Shown: positions 8,188-18,098 of the stretch, piece after piece
Numbering within the stretch: position 1 is the stretch's first letter
Layout: every line of letters starts with the position of its first letter
Notes under the pieces: model-generated
Databases searched by the model: none
Told to the model about the DNA's origin: nothing
What the model saw: only the letters and a program-made list of their open reading frames with translations
Assembly (NCBI GenBank): GCA_964615185.1
Contig: CAZTOS010000029.1
Span: 1 to 25,412, forward strand
Origin: an uncultured Thermococci archaeon
Lineage (GTDB): Archaea; Methanobacteriota_B; Thermococci; Thermococcales; Thermococcaceae
Direction: 5' to 3'
DNA: 25,412 nt
Position numbers and translations under genes: made by a program

Positions 8188-8658
8188 TCAGCCCTCCATG
8201 AAATCTTCGAGTTTTTGTGCATGAAGGGGAATCATCATATATGGTCTGTTTGCAAACTGTATGTCTTTATCGGCTAATGCCAAGTAAAAGACGTGATTAA
8301 CTTTTAGTGGAACTCCTTGGACAAGTGCTCCAGCTACTAAAGCTCTTCTTCCTGAGGTTATATCTATGGCAATTTCAGCTCCTATACTCTTGAGCTTTCT
8401 TAAAAGGATTCCAGCCTTTTTCCTGGCTTCTTTAAAATTTGCCTCTTTTATAATTATCACATCAATTTTTGGTGAGAAGCCGAAGGCGGCAGATATCATT
8501 TCAAGCGCTCTAACGGCTTTGGGGAGTTTGTCTTGATATATATCCTCGAGAAATATGTAAATCTCGTCAGGTTTGTACTTTTTCTCCATCACCACAGCAT
8601 AATATGCGTTTATCATTGCCCATGTGGAGCGACCGAGCATCGTTATGTAAACTTTCAT
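8188..8658 (-). CDS. Stand-alone CARF-domain protein (ring nuclease Crn1-like motifs)
   Basis: Rossmann-like pattern: strand VYITML then GRS (motif I, S11), PDEIYIF strand, IAIDITSGRR (motif II D-x-T-x-G-R-K/R), HVFYL strand. 156 aa, no effector domain. Confidence 0.75.
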   Translation of the reverse strand: MKVYITMLGRSTWAMINAYYAVVMEKKYKPDEIYIFLEDIYQDKLPKAVRALEMISAAFGFSPKIDVIIIKEANFKEARKKAGILLRKLKSIGAEIAIDITSGRRALVAGALVQGVPLKVNHVFYLALADKDIQFANRPYMMIPLHAQKLEDFMEG

Positions 8659-8665
8659 TTTTATC

Positions 8666-9127
8666 CTAATCGATTAATATCAGCCCATACAAAACACTTT
8701 CGCTGAAGTCTAAGTCAACAATCTTGGATAGCTCTATTCCTATAGCATCAAGGGAAGGTCTGACTTTTGTCGGCATTTTACATCGTTTGCTTCTCTCAAA
8801 TTCACACACTTTGCAGAGATTGCAGTTGCCTGGAAAGAGTGCAAATGCATATGGATTACCGGCTTTAAACAGCTTTTCTTCTTTTTTGAGCAAATATAAT
8901 AGGACTTTCCTTTTTTCTTCCTCGAAATTTTTGTAGTTAATCTCAAACTTAATCAGAAGAGCTTTCTTAAAGTGTCTAATCCACTCTTTTGCTTCTTCCC
9001 ATGAAGGAGCATAAGGAGGACATGAAGGACTCTTACCATAGGTCGGACAGGTTTTGCATTTCCAGACAGGTCTTGGAGAAACGATGATATTTTCCGTGCT
9101 GATTTCCTTTTCATAGATAACTCTCAT
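8666..9127 (-). CDS. Cys-rich predicted metal-binding protein (DUF2284-like)
   Basis: KCKTCPTYGKSPSCPP and PGNCNLCKVC...C...RPSLDAIGI pattern; AGGTGAT SD. Confidence 0.8.
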   Translation of the reverse strand: MRVIYEKEISTENIIVSPRPVWKCKTCPTYGKSPSCPPYAPSWEEAKEWIRHFKKALLIKFEINYKNFEEEKRKVLLYLLKKEEKLFKAGNPYAFALFPGNCNLCKVCEFERSKRCKMPTKVRPSLDAIGIELSKIVDLDFSESVLYGLILID

Positions 9128-9142
9128 GACTGTATCACCTAT

Positions 9143-9955
9143 TTATGGTATGTACCATGTCTCGGCTATTACATCATGCTTGTGAATGCTTTCCAGACTG
9201 ACAACTTTGACATGTATTCTGCCCCTAAACCTTTGTTTTGCTTTAAATATTATTTCCCTGGCAACATCTTCTACGAATTTGGGATTTTCATACATCCTCT
9301 GAACAACAGCATTCTCGTCAACTGTTTTGAGCAGTGTATATGTTGGCGAACTAAAAGAACTTTCAACAACTTCAATCATGTCCTCAAGGGGTATTTCTTC
9401 ATCAAAGTTCGTCCTTATTTCGAGGGTTGCTATTGCTCTCTGAATGTGTGTTTTTCCTTGATTGTTTGCCATTGCATGGGGGCAAGCAGTGTTTCCTATA
9501 ACCGTTACTCTCAGCACTTTTTCAAGCTTTTTTGTTGTTTCATCTTTTATTACCCCCACCTCAACGTCATACGCTTCCAAACTTGTCCTTTTACTTGCAG
9601 GGGTTTCTTTTTCAAGAATTAAGTGTGTCTTTATCCATACCTCAGCTTTCTTATGTGGATGTTTCTTCTCCAATCGCTTGATTATTGCAAGTTCAAGCTC
9701 TTCAAGAGATGAGTGAACCTTGCTGACCTCCTCTTCAACTGCTTCACTCATGGTTTCTGTTATACTCTCAATCAAACGGCTCATATGGATTCCTTTCTTC
9801 TCTTCGGGAACATCAATAGTTATTTCGAAGGTGGGGATGAATGTGTAGAGCTTCCCTTTCCAATTTATCTTTGCAATTGTTCTGAGATTAGTTATGCCCA
9901 CTCTATGCAATCTCTCCCTAATCTTTGGGACTTCCTCTTGAGTTTCAAAAATCAT
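9143..9955 (-). CDS. mptA: GTP cyclohydrolase MptA (FolE2 / GCH-IB family)
   Basis: [60 protein letters not shown] favours the ATG at 9955. Confidence 0.93.
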   Translation of the reverse strand: MIFETQEEVPKIRERLHRVGITNLRTIAKINWKGKLYTFIPTFEITIDVPEEKKGIHMSRLIESITETMSEAVEEEVSKVHSSLEELELAIIKRLEKKHPHKKAEVWIKTHLILEKETPASKRTSLEAYDVEVGVIKDETTKKLEKVLRVTVIGNTACPHAMANNQGKTHIQRAIATLEIRTNFDEEIPLEDMIEVVESSFSSPTYTLLKTVDENAVVQRMYENPKFVEDVAREIIFKAKQRFRGRIHVKVVSLESIHKHDVIAETWYIP

Positions 9956-9997
9956 CTTTCTCACCGTCAAACTGGTAGTATAATCTCTTTTTAACTC

Positions 9998-10813
9998 TTA
10001 TCTTAGAAATTTCATCAGCTTTTCATAGCTTTCTTTTGCAAGGGCTACATCTTCCTGATTAAGCTTTCCTGCATACTTGGCTTTCTCAAATATTCTTGTG
10101 AGTACATGAAGGTCATCCAAATCCTCAAAGATGTCCTTAAGTTTCTCTTCGTGCTCCCAGTGAGTCCAGCTCCTTTGATAAGGATAACCCTTCAAAATTA
10201 GCCCAGCAACAACGTTCTTGTACATCCTTATAACCCTCTCCTCCGGACTCCCTTCAATCGTATCAAACCTCATCTGAGGATCAAATTTTTGGATCTCTTC
10301 TGCATTGAGTAAATGTCTCTTTCGTTTCTTAATAGCGGTTAAAACAATGAGGGCAGCTATTATAAGGGGGATGACATACAGATAGAGGGGGAGCTGTTTG
10401 TAGTATACAATAACACTTTCGTTAAACCCAAATCCCGTTAACCACTTGGGATATCTTATGATGGGTGCTTCTCCTTTAGGTAAATAGCGCGGCTTTGCTG
10501 TAATTATTAGATACACTGCCACAATGAGAGCAAATATTGTAATAAATTCAACGACGTTTCTCCATTTGCTCTTTTTTCTTGGAAGTCTCTCTCCGTGGAG
10601 TCTCCCCTCAAAAAGAAACTTCAAGGCTATCCCCATTGCTATAAAAAAGAAAAATCCCCATATGAGATATATCCACTCAATATTAAAGGAAGATGGCCTT
10701 GATCTTATGGAATACCTGTGGAGCAGAGAAAATAGTGTAAGGATTAAAAAGAATATCAAGAAATAACCTGCTATGTTGGCCTTTTTATCGCCATCTCCCC
10801 AATGAGCGGACAT
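9998..10813 (-). CDS. Membrane protein with C-terminal DUF4129-like domain
   Basis: About four hydrophobic segments, then RVIRMYKNVV...SWTHWEH...LTRIFEKAKYA. Confidence 0.7.
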   Translation of the reverse strand: MSAHWGDGDKKANIAGYFLIFFLILTLFSLLHRYSIRSRPSSFNIEWIYLIWGFFFFIAMGIALKFLFEGRLHGERLPRKKSKWRNVVEFITIFALIVAVYLIITAKPRYLPKGEAPIIRYPKWLTGFGFNESVIVYYKQLPLYLYVIPLIIAALIVLTAIKKRKRHLLNAEEIQKFDPQMRFDTIEGSPEERVIRMYKNVVAGLILKGYPYQRSWTHWEHEEKLKDIFEDLDDLHVLTRIFEKAKYAGKLNQEDVALAKESYEKLMKFLR

Positions 10814-10827
10814 TTACTACACCAGCT

Positions 10828-11217
10828 CTACCTACCGTTAAGCATGTAGTATACAGTTCTCAGTGGGATTCCAAGTTCCCTGCTTATCTCTTTGGGAGTT
10901 TTCCCTGTCTTAACAAGCTCTCTAATTTTAACCACGATTCTCTCGTCATATTTTTTGGGTCTCCCCCTTGATCTTTGGATCGGCACCACTTCGATTCCCA
11001 TCTGTTTAAGAGCTCTAATTACTCTCTTTGAGACTTTGGGATAGAGACTGGGGGGACAGCCGATGAGCTTCACATTTGGAGCATTTTCCAGAATCCTGAC
11101 AAGTATCTCCTTTGTGGGTCTGAGGTTTATGTAAACTTCCCTCACATTTTCATTGAGTATTTCATCTATCTTTCTTAATAGTTCTTCATTATTTCTCGCG
11201 GTTATCTCAACTTTCAC
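10828..11217 (-). CDS. DUF1699-like protein with GRP motif and C-terminal resolvase-like HTH
   Basis: EVYINLRPT..CPPSLYPKVSK N-domain; RGRPKKY; GKTPKEISRELGIPLRTVYYML HTH. Start GTG at 11217 or 11226. Confidence 0.7.
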   Translation of the reverse strand: MKVEITARNNEELLRKIDEILNENVREVYINLRPTKEILVRILENAPNVKLIGCPPSLYPKVSKRVIRALKQMGIEVVPIQRSRGRPKKYDERIVVKIRELVKTGKTPKEISRELGIPLRTVYYMLNGR

Positions 11218-11222
11218 TCCCC

Positions 11223-12473
11223 TCACCCCTGAAGCAGCTCCAAAAATCTCTTTGCTTTATCACTTTTCGGCATAAACTTCTCAAATTTTTCTAAGTTCGT
11301 AAAGAGGGATGTATGGAGACCGGAAAGGACAAGCTTTCTAATAGCTTCTACAAGTTTGCCCAGCTCCAGTCCAAGAAGTTCTGCCACTTTCTTCTCATCA
11401 AAGGGACTCACACCATACAGAATAGCCCCACCGAGGAGATAGTTTGGTATGTTCGAAATTTCGCTTCTTCTTCCACCCAGCATCTTCTCAATTTCACACT
11501 TTTGGATTATCATCATGCTTCCAAACCCTGTTCGGAAACCCTTTTCCTTTATAAACGGTAAGTCAAAGATTGAATAATGACAGTCAATGTAGAGCTTTAT
11601 ATCTGGATACAGCCCAAGTGTCTCCCTTTCTTTTTCTGAAGTTAAAAAGTAGTATCTGAAAAGATCCAGACCCAAAAGCTCTGGCCCTTTTTCCGGATCA
11701 AGTGAAGCATAGGCAAGAGCCAGATTATCAACAGTATAGTGATTATTGATAAGAACCCCTTTTGTTTTCACATAACTCAAAACTCTCCAGCGGAAGCGTT
11801 TTCCAAACCTCTTTCTAAGCTCACTTTCTATATCTGCATCCGTAGGAATATCAAGCCTTGTCTTTCTTAATCTGCCTTTATCCCAGTACTCTACCTCAAT
11901 CCTAAAGCTCTTCTTCCTTACAACCCCTTTCTCCCTTAATTTCGATTTTATGAGTTTAAATGCTTCTCTAACTTCTATGCTCTCCTGTCCAAGTAGTCTC
12001 AAAACATCTCCAGAATACGCAAAATGAGGTAGTATATCAATTCTTCCGAGGGTTATGGGTCTTCTAACAGCTTTTATCTTTTTGATCTCTTCGTGTTTCT
12101 TAATTGTTTTTGGATCAATCTCTCTATTTCCAAGGTAAAACGAATAGTTTGCTGAAATCAAAGCCAATGCCATTTTGTGCGCTACTATTGCACTTCTCAG
12201 TCTCTCAAGAGCCAGGATTCTGTTGTGCTTCTTCTTATACAGCCATCTTATGTGGGGATCTTTTTCCTTCTTATCTATCCCCCTAACTGAGGGCACGGTT
12301 TCTCCAACCCTTCTTGAGAGTTCTTCTTCAAACTCCTTTAGGATCTCAAGGTTTCTGTTGAGGTAGAAAACAAGAGTAGGGATATCGAGATTCTCAAATA
12401 ACCCTGCCATGTCAATTCCGATATCATCCAAAATCTTGTTTACCTGAGCGACCAACTCTTGAGTGGTCGTCAT
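11223..12473 (-). CDS. Conserved archaeal protein of unknown function (DUF530-like)
   Basis: 416-aa ORF overlapping the top6A stop by 4 nt; motifs [44 protein letters not shown]. Family name is from recall. Confidence 0.65.
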   Translation of the reverse strand: MTTTQELVAQVNKILDDIGIDMAGLFENLDIPTLVFYLNRNLEILKEFEEELSRRVGETVPSVRGIDKKEKDPHIRWLYKKKHNRILALERLRSAIVAHKMALALISANYSFYLGNREIDPKTIKKHEEIKKIKAVRRPITLGRIDILPHFAYSGDVLRLLGQESIEVREAFKLIKSKLREKGVVRKKSFRIEVEYWDKGRLRKTRLDIPTDADIESELRKRFGKRFRWRVLSYVKTKGVLINNHYTVDNLALAYASLDPEKGPELLGLDLFRYYFLTSEKERETLGLYPDIKLYIDCHYSIFDLPFIKEKGFRTGFGSMMIIQKCEIEKMLGGRRSEISNIPNYLLGGAILYGVSPFDEKKVAELLGLELGKLVEAIRKLVLSGLHTSLFTNLEKFEKFMPKSDKAKRFLELLQG

Positions 12474-13615
12474 GGCAGCAACTCCTCATTTGCAATTTTT
12501 TCGGGCAGATACTTCTTAGCAACGAACTCTAAGCTTTTGTTGGCCAAAGCCTGCTGTTCAATTCTGACGCCCCACTGTAAGGCAAGCTTCAACTGTCTCT
12601 GCCACTCTTTGGTTTGGAACCACGGATAGTTCATTTCTTCGATGATCCTCTTATAATCTCCTGTTGGGCCACCCTTCTTATTCGGCGGAATTCCCTTGAG
12701 CTTTTCTGTAACGTTCTCTAAGCCATATTTCTTGATGTCATCCATGGTCATTCCAACGAACTTTGCTTCAGGCGTTGCAAGCTTTTCGCTGAGGTAAGCG
12801 AGATTAATTGAACCTTGCTTTATTGTCGAATAGATGTACCAACCGTATGGATCACCATCTGTGAATACTATGATTGGTAATCCTTCTTCATAGTGCAGAC
12901 GATGAATCAGTCTTCTCACACCTCTTGAAGCCTGTCCTTGAGTTGCAATGATCAAAGCTCTCTCCTTCTTCGGGAACTTTTCTTCAATCAGACGGTCGGC
13001 CATAGCTGCTGTCTCTACAACTAAAGCATAATCAACGTTTATGTCCACGAACTGAATATGCTCAACTGTTCCTGGAACAGCCCATCCACCCGTACCGAGC
13101 TTTGAAGTGTTAAACTCGTCTTCGCCATCTCTGATTGTTATATCTCCGTAAACGTAACCTCTTCTATCTGCTGTTAGGTGCATTTCTTCTCTTAAAACAC
13201 CAAGCATTCTCTCTAAGTCTTCGATAACTGGGTCGCTCTCACTTTGGTCTTCAAACGTGTTTTCCTTAGTCCCAGGGATTGTGTGCTTGTTGGCATAGTA
13301 GGCTTCTCTCAAGCTCGCGTGCTTTCCTTCGCTCACCAATCTCTTCACGTAAGCTGCTATGAGTAGGGTCTGCATGAACTTTCTCGCGTGGGCGACATTG
13401 AGGAAGTATCTTCTTGAGAGCTTATCTCCCATCCTGATGACCCTCTTGACTTCATCAAAGTAAACGTTGTTAAGTCCTCTTGTTGGAATATCAAGGTAAG
13501 GGTTCTTTCCCTGTCTGACCTCTTCAAGGATTTCTCTTCCAAGCTCTTCCAATTTATGGAGAACTTTCTGTGGATCATATGCAAAGCGTTCCTTTGGCTT
13601 TTCACGCTTCAGCAT
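12470..13615 (-). CDS. top6A: DNA topoisomerase VI subunit A
   Basis: SLREAYY (catalytic Tyr), [21 protein letters not shown] and [20 protein letters not shown] favours the ATG at 13615. Confidence 0.97.
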   Translation of the reverse strand: MLKREKPKERFAYDPQKVLHKLEELGREILEEVRQGKNPYLDIPTRGLNNVYFDEVKRVIRMGDKLSRRYFLNVAHARKFMQTLLIAAYVKRLVSEGKHASLREAYYANKHTIPGTKENTFEDQSESDPVIEDLERMLGVLREEMHLTADRRGYVYGDITIRDGEDEFNTSKLGTGGWAVPGTVEHIQFVDINVDYALVVETAAMADRLIEEKFPKKERALIIATQGQASRGVRRLIHRLHYEEGLPIIVFTDGDPYGWYIYSTIKQGSINLAYLSEKLATPEAKFVGMTMDDIKKYGLENVTEKLKGIPPNKKGGPTGDYKRIIEEMNYPWFQTKEWQRQLKLALQWGVRIEQQALANKSLEFVAKKYLPEKIANEELLP

Positions 13616-15302
13616 CTGCTTCAACCTCCATTGGTGCCTCAACAGTTTCAAACTTCTTTTCGATTAAGCCCATGAAGTATTTCTCAATATCCTCTTCAGG
13701 CTCACCTGTTAAGATACTCAAAGCTCTCACTATTTCGGGAACATATTTTTGAAGTGTTTTCTTCCTTTTGACTTGATATAATCTCCTATGCTTACCGCCC
13801 AGATAGGTCTTCAATCTTCTTGCAGCTTCCATTATTGCCAACCTTATCTCCTCATAAATTTCATCTTCATTGGCTATGCTCTGCTTCCCTGTTGATGTGT
13901 AGGGAACATGAACGCTGATGACGTTGATTAGAAGTGTTAGAGGTGCTCTATCCAAATCATCAACTTTATAGCGCTTCCAGTCTATGCTCCTTGCTGCTGT
14001 TGTTGTTACACATGCGCCTGCATCGAATAAGAGGGGAACTCTGTTGGCGTATCTGAGCAGATTAAATGAGCTTTCAAGCTCACCACCATAAGCCAAACCA
14101 ATTTCAACTTGGAATGGAATACCACCGCGGTAAACTTTAGGCGGCCTTGTAACTGCAGTTACAAACTCTGGCTTGAGGATTCCTGTAAGGCCTTTAACGA
14201 TGTTCTCCTCTCCAATTGGTCTTAACCCATGGGTTGGAGGCGCTAAGAACTTAATGTACTTAAATGCTTCCACTATTTCTTCAGCCTCGTGCCAAGTGAG
14301 CTTCTCTGGGGGTTTGTCCATGAGCTTTTGAACCTCTCTGATGACTTTCTTTGCCCTCCTCCCATAACTCCTCAGAATTAAATCCACTTCGCCCTTAGCT
14401 AATCTCTCAAAGAGTTCATCCTTTATTCTCTTGTCTTCTTCTCTGTTAATGAGCCTGATTGCAGCTATGTATTTGATGAGCTCATCTATCTTCTTGTCGC
14501 TAATTCTTGAAAACTCAGAAATCAAAAATCTTTTTACAGTGTTTTTTCTTGTTCTTTTTGCCATTCTGTAAACATCATCCGTCATAACTCCCCTTGGATG
14601 TGGCTTCATCTCTACAGGAGGTTTTGGGATTTCTTCACTTGAGCGTGGGAAGACAATAAGCTTCCCATCTGGTTCAATCAGTTCAATATGGGCGTGAGGA
14701 TTTGCGATAGCTGTGAGTTTGAGATACCAGAAAACACCCTGCTTTGAGTGAACATACTTAACGTTCTTGACCTCCAGCTCTATTCTCGTTCCTTTCCAGC
14801 CTGTCGGATTTGGATGCTTAAGCTTTTTGACGATTTTACCCTCATTCTTCCCAACATCAATCTTAACCCATGCCTCGATTATCTCATCTCCACCTGTTGA
14901 AGTTATTACGCGTGTTGCCTTTCCGCTTGTAATTTGGGCAAACATGACTGCACCGCTGATACCGATACCCTGCTGACCTCTGCTCTGTATGTTTCTGTGG
15001 GCCTTTGTACCGGCAAGCATCTTTCCAAAAACATGGGTTATGAACTTCTCTGGAATTCCTGGACCGTTGTCCTCAACGATTATTTTGTAATGCTCCTTTC
15101 CAAGCTCCTCTATTTCAACCCTCACATAAGGCAGAATTCCTGCTTCCTCACATGCATCCAAGGAATTTGTAACTGCCTCGTGAACTACTGTCGTAAGGGA
15201 ACGAATTTTCCCAGTGTATCCTAACATTGCGGCGTTTCTTCTAAAGAATTCGCTGACGCTCTGGATTTTAAATTCTTTAAAGAGTTCTTTAGCCTTTGCC
15301 AT
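13602..15302 (-). CDS. top6B: DNA topoisomerase VI subunit B
   Basis: GHKL motifs [34 protein letters not shown]; transducer [29 protein letters not shown] favours the ATG at 15302. Confidence 0.97.
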   Translation of the reverse strand: MAKAKELFKEFKIQSVSEFFRRNAAMLGYTGKIRSLTTVVHEAVTNSLDACEEAGILPYVRVEIEELGKEHYKIIVEDNGPGIPEKFITHVFGKMLAGTKAHRNIQSRGQQGIGISGAVMFAQITSGKATRVITSTGGDEIIEAWVKIDVGKNEGKIVKKLKHPNPTGWKGTRIELEVKNVKYVHSKQGVFWYLKLTAIANPHAHIELIEPDGKLIVFPRSSEEIPKPPVEMKPHPRGVMTDDVYRMAKRTRKNTVKRFLISEFSRISDKKIDELIKYIAAIRLINREEDKRIKDELFERLAKGEVDLILRSYGRRAKKVIREVQKLMDKPPEKLTWHEAEEIVEAFKYIKFLAPPTHGLRPIGEENIVKGLTGILKPEFVTAVTRPPKVYRGGIPFQVEIGLAYGGELESSFNLLRYANRVPLLFDAGACVTTTAARSIDWKRYKVDDLDRAPLTLLINVISVHVPYTSTGKQSIANEDEIYEEIRLAIMEAARRLKTYLGGKHRRLYQVKRKKTLQKYVPEIVRALSILTGEPEEDIEKYFMGLIEKKFETVEAPMEVEADAEA

Positions 15303-15957
15303 AATAAACGCCTCCTTCAAGCTCTAAATCTTTCTTTCTCCTTTCCAGATACTTATACACCGTTCCGTGAGGGGAACCCTTCGCCAACTTTTCTATAGCA
15401 GTTTTGGCAATCTCAACTTGAATAGGGTTCCCGATGATAGCGACTGTTTTACCGTAAACACTAATATCAGCACCGCTCATTTCCTCAATGATCTCCCTTG
15501 TCCTACCTTTCCTACCGATTATTCTACCCCTAATTCTCGGCAAGGCATTCTTTTCGTTTCCAATGATGATGTCGCTTAAGTTAATTATCTCAAGAACTTC
15601 ACCTTCGTTGAACAAGCGGAAAGCTCTCTCGGGTGAGAATCCTCTACCAATAGCCATTACAACATCTCTTGCTTTCCATACTGCCAATGGGTCGTCTGTT
15701 TTTTCAGTTGAGCTTATGAAGACTTCACCAGTTTCGCTATCCACTTCAATTTTGGTCTTTGTAATTTCCTCAATCTTTCTTTTGGTTGACCCTTTCTTTC
15801 CGATGAGAACTCCAATTCTCTCTTTAGGAATTCTCACGAATTCTTCCTGCTCGCCGAAGGCTTCATAATCTATGCTCTCCTCAAACTCACCTCTCCTCTC
15901 CCCTTCTTTATCAACATACTCATACTTTTTGAGCAGCTTATCAAACTCCTCTCCCAT
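15289..15957 (-). CDS. KH-domain pre-rRNA processing protein (archaeal Dim2/Pno1/Krr1-like)
   Basis: Two KH GxxG loops (RIGVLIGKKG, RGRIIGRKG), AIGRGFSPERA, GSPHGTVY; lies next to rio1. Confidence 0.92.
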   Translation of the reverse strand: MGEEFDKLLKKYEYVDKEGERRGEFEESIDYEAFGEQEEFVRIPKERIGVLIGKKGSTKRKIEEITKTKIEVDSETGEVFISSTEKTDDPLAVWKARDVVMAIGRGFSPERAFRLFNEGEVLEIINLSDIIIGNEKNALPRIRGRIIGRKGRTREIIEEMSGADISVYGKTVAIIGNPIQVEIAKTAIEKLAKGSPHGTVYKYLERRKKDLELEGGVYYGKG

Positions 15958-15958
15958 G

Positions 15959-16729
15959 TCAATCACCCGTCAGCTCTCTAAGTTTCTCCTCAAGATCATC
16001 AACGGCAACCCCTTTTCTACCGAAGTAATTGAGGATATTCCTTAAATCGCGGTACAGCAGAGTTAAGCTCATCCTATTCCTCTTCACAGTCGCTTGAGAC
16101 CAGTCAATTATTACGGGTCTTTCCCAGAGCAAGATGTTGTACTCGCTTAAATCACCGTGAACCATATCTCCTCTCTTCCAAAGCCTCTCTATTGCACTCA
16201 TCGAGAACTCATAAAGCTCTTCGAAGTCCCTCCTTTCTAAGACTTTTTCCACATCTTTTAAGCGCGGTGCAGGAGTTTCATCTCCAATGAATTCCATTAT
16301 TAAGACGTTGTTGCGGAAAGCAATTGGCTCTGGTGCTCTAACCGCATATTTCATTGCCCTCTGCAGATTTTTGAATTCCCTCCTCGTCCAGACAAAGACG
16401 AGCTTTCTTATGTCTTTGGGGAGATAGCCAACCCTTGGATCAGCTGCTAAATACTCCCAAATTCTTCTGAATTCTGTTGTGTAGGTGCGGTAGATTTTAA
16501 CTGCTATTTTATTGCCTTTGCTGTCAATTCCCATAAAGACATTTGCTTCCTTACCTGTTGAAATCACTCCTAAAAGCTGCTCTATTTTGCCCTTCCTGTG
16601 AAAGTAGCTTAAAGTTTCAACTGTTGTTTTATCAAATACTTCACTGAAAACTTTGAACAGTTCGCTGTCTTTTTCCCTACGCTCGTCTAATCCAAGTATC
16701 TCTGCAATCTCCCTATCAAGCCTCTCCAT
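15959..16729 (-). CDS. rio1: Atypical serine kinase Rio1
   Basis: ISTGKEANVF, AVKIYRT, VWTRREFKNL, VHGDLSEYNIL, IIDWSQA. Confidence 0.95.
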   Translation of the reverse strand: MERLDREIAEILGLDERREKDSELFKVFSEVFDKTTVETLSYFHRKGKIEQLLGVISTGKEANVFMGIDSKGNKIAVKIYRTYTTEFRRIWEYLAADPRVGYLPKDIRKLVFVWTRREFKNLQRAMKYAVRAPEPIAFRNNVLIMEFIGDETPAPRLKDVEKVLERRDFEELYEFSMSAIERLWKRGDMVHGDLSEYNILLWERPVIIDWSQATVKRNRMSLTLLYRDLRNILNYFGRKGVAVDDLEEKLRELTGD

Positions 16730-16735
16730 AGAACA

Positions 16736-17080
16736 TCACAGCGTTAATCCACCGGTTAAAAACTCTTGGCTTATCTTTCCTTTTCTTATAAGCCAATCAA
16801 CTTGGGTTCTCGTGTATCTATACACAATGTCACCTCTCTTGTCTGTTTGGACAGGCCAAGGCTGAACTATTACTAAGTCTCCGACCTTGATCCACATTCT
16901 TCTCTTGAGTCTTCCAGGAATTCTGCATCTCCTAATCTTTCCGTCTTCACATCTAACATCCATCCATCCAGCTCCTAAGGCCTGTTCAACAACCCCAAAG
17001 AGCTGGTCTCCTTCTGGAAGGGGAACCCTAATAACTTCATCCCCTTCAACTTTTCTATTATCTCTTCTGGGTCTTGCCAT
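16736..17080 (-). CDS. eif1a: Translation initiation factor aIF-1A
   Basis: [47 protein letters not shown]...GDIVYRY. GGAGGTGA SD favours the ATG at 17080. Confidence 0.96.
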   Translation of the reverse strand: MARPRRDNRKVEGDEVIRVPLPEGDQLFGVVEQALGAGWMDVRCEDGKIRRCRIPGRLKRRMWIKVGDLVIVQPWPVQTDKRGDIVYRYTRTQVDWLIRKGKISQEFLTGGLTL

Positions 17081-17163
17081 GAGCATCACCTCCAGTGATT
17101 AAAACTTATGCATTTATAAGCATAAGCCTTGCAAAAATTTTCCACAAAAACATGGATGAGAGA

Positions 17164-17179
17164 CTTTAAAAATTTTTGC
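17164..17179 (-). promoter_or_regulatory. Probable BRE/TATA promoter of the aIF-1A-rio1-dim2-top6 operon
   Basis: Minus strand GCAAAAA-TTTTTAAAG; an alternative TATA-like CTTATAAA lies at 17120-17113. Confidence 0.5.
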
Positions 17180-17290
17180 ATGCATACATTTGACTATTGG
17201 TCATGGATTTCAAAACTATCAGTTGATACTCCAATTGTGGTACCGAACATTTTGATTATGTTTTTAGGGAATGCAACGTTGTGAAAACTG

Positions 17291-18076
17291 CTAAATTTCT
17301 AAGTGTTTCCTTAGCTGATTCAAATTCATCCTGGCAGTCATGTCTATATTTATTGGAGTTACACTGACTTTTCTCTCAACTTTTACGGCATACATATCTG
17401 TTCCAGGTTCAAGCACTTCTTTTGGGCACTGTGTTCCAACAATCCAGTAATACGGTGTTCCTTTTGGATCTATCCTCTCTTCAATCGAAGGGCGATACAT
17501 CCTTCTTGCCAAGCGTGTGATTTCTATTGGAGTGTTTTCATGTGCATCGTAAGGAACGTTGACGTTGAGCATGTCCACACCTTCTGGGAGTCCTCGCTTG
17601 AGGACAGCTTCTGCAATTTTTCTCAGAAAGAATTTTGCTATCGTGAAGTCTATCTCTTCTCCTGCACCAAATTTATGCTTTTCTCTATCAACTTCCAAGC
17701 TTATTGCTATGCTGGGAATCTCATGAGTTGCGGCTTCAATTGCAGCACTTGCAGTTCCAGAGATTGTAATCTCGGTGCTCATGTTCTCTCCCAGATTGAT
17801 TCCGCTAATTGCCAAATCAAAGTTTTCAAATCGAGCCAATGCAAAAATTATACAATCAACGGGCATCCCATCAAGAGCATAAGCTGCCTTCACGCCACTT
17901 ATCCTCACACGTTTTGCTCTCAAAGGTCTATGCAAAGTCATTGCCCTTCCACTCGCACTTCTCTGAAACATTGGTGCAACAACATAAATATCTCCAAGCT
18001 CCTCAAGGGCTTCAACTGCAGCTCTTATCCCCCTTGAATAAATTCCATCATCATTCGTTATGAGTATCCTCGGCAT
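17291..18076 (-). CDS. surE: 5'/3'-nucleotidase SurE
   Basis: RILITNDDG, VVAP..QRSASG, DGMPVDC, ISGINLGEN, SGTASAAIEA, LNVNVP, VSVTPI. Confidence 0.97.
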   Translation of the reverse strand: MPRILITNDDGIYSRGIRAAVEALEELGDIYVVAPMFQRSASGRAMTLHRPLRAKRVRISGVKAAYALDGMPVDCIIFALARFENFDLAISGINLGENMSTEITISGTASAAIEAATHEIPSIAISLEVDREKHKFGAGEEIDFTIAKFFLRKIAEAVLKRGLPEGVDMLNVNVPYDAHENTPIEITRLARRMYRPSIEERIDPKGTPYYWIVGTQCPKEVLEPGTDMYAVKVERKVSVTPINIDMTARMNLNQLRKHLEI

Positions 18077-18098
18077 GAATTAACTTCATTAAATTTGC

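Noticed and set aside
11575..11600. DUF530-like segment KLYIDCH, one base from a CxxC motif (TAC versus TGC)
   Set aside because: Cannot be evaluated without an orthologue alignment.
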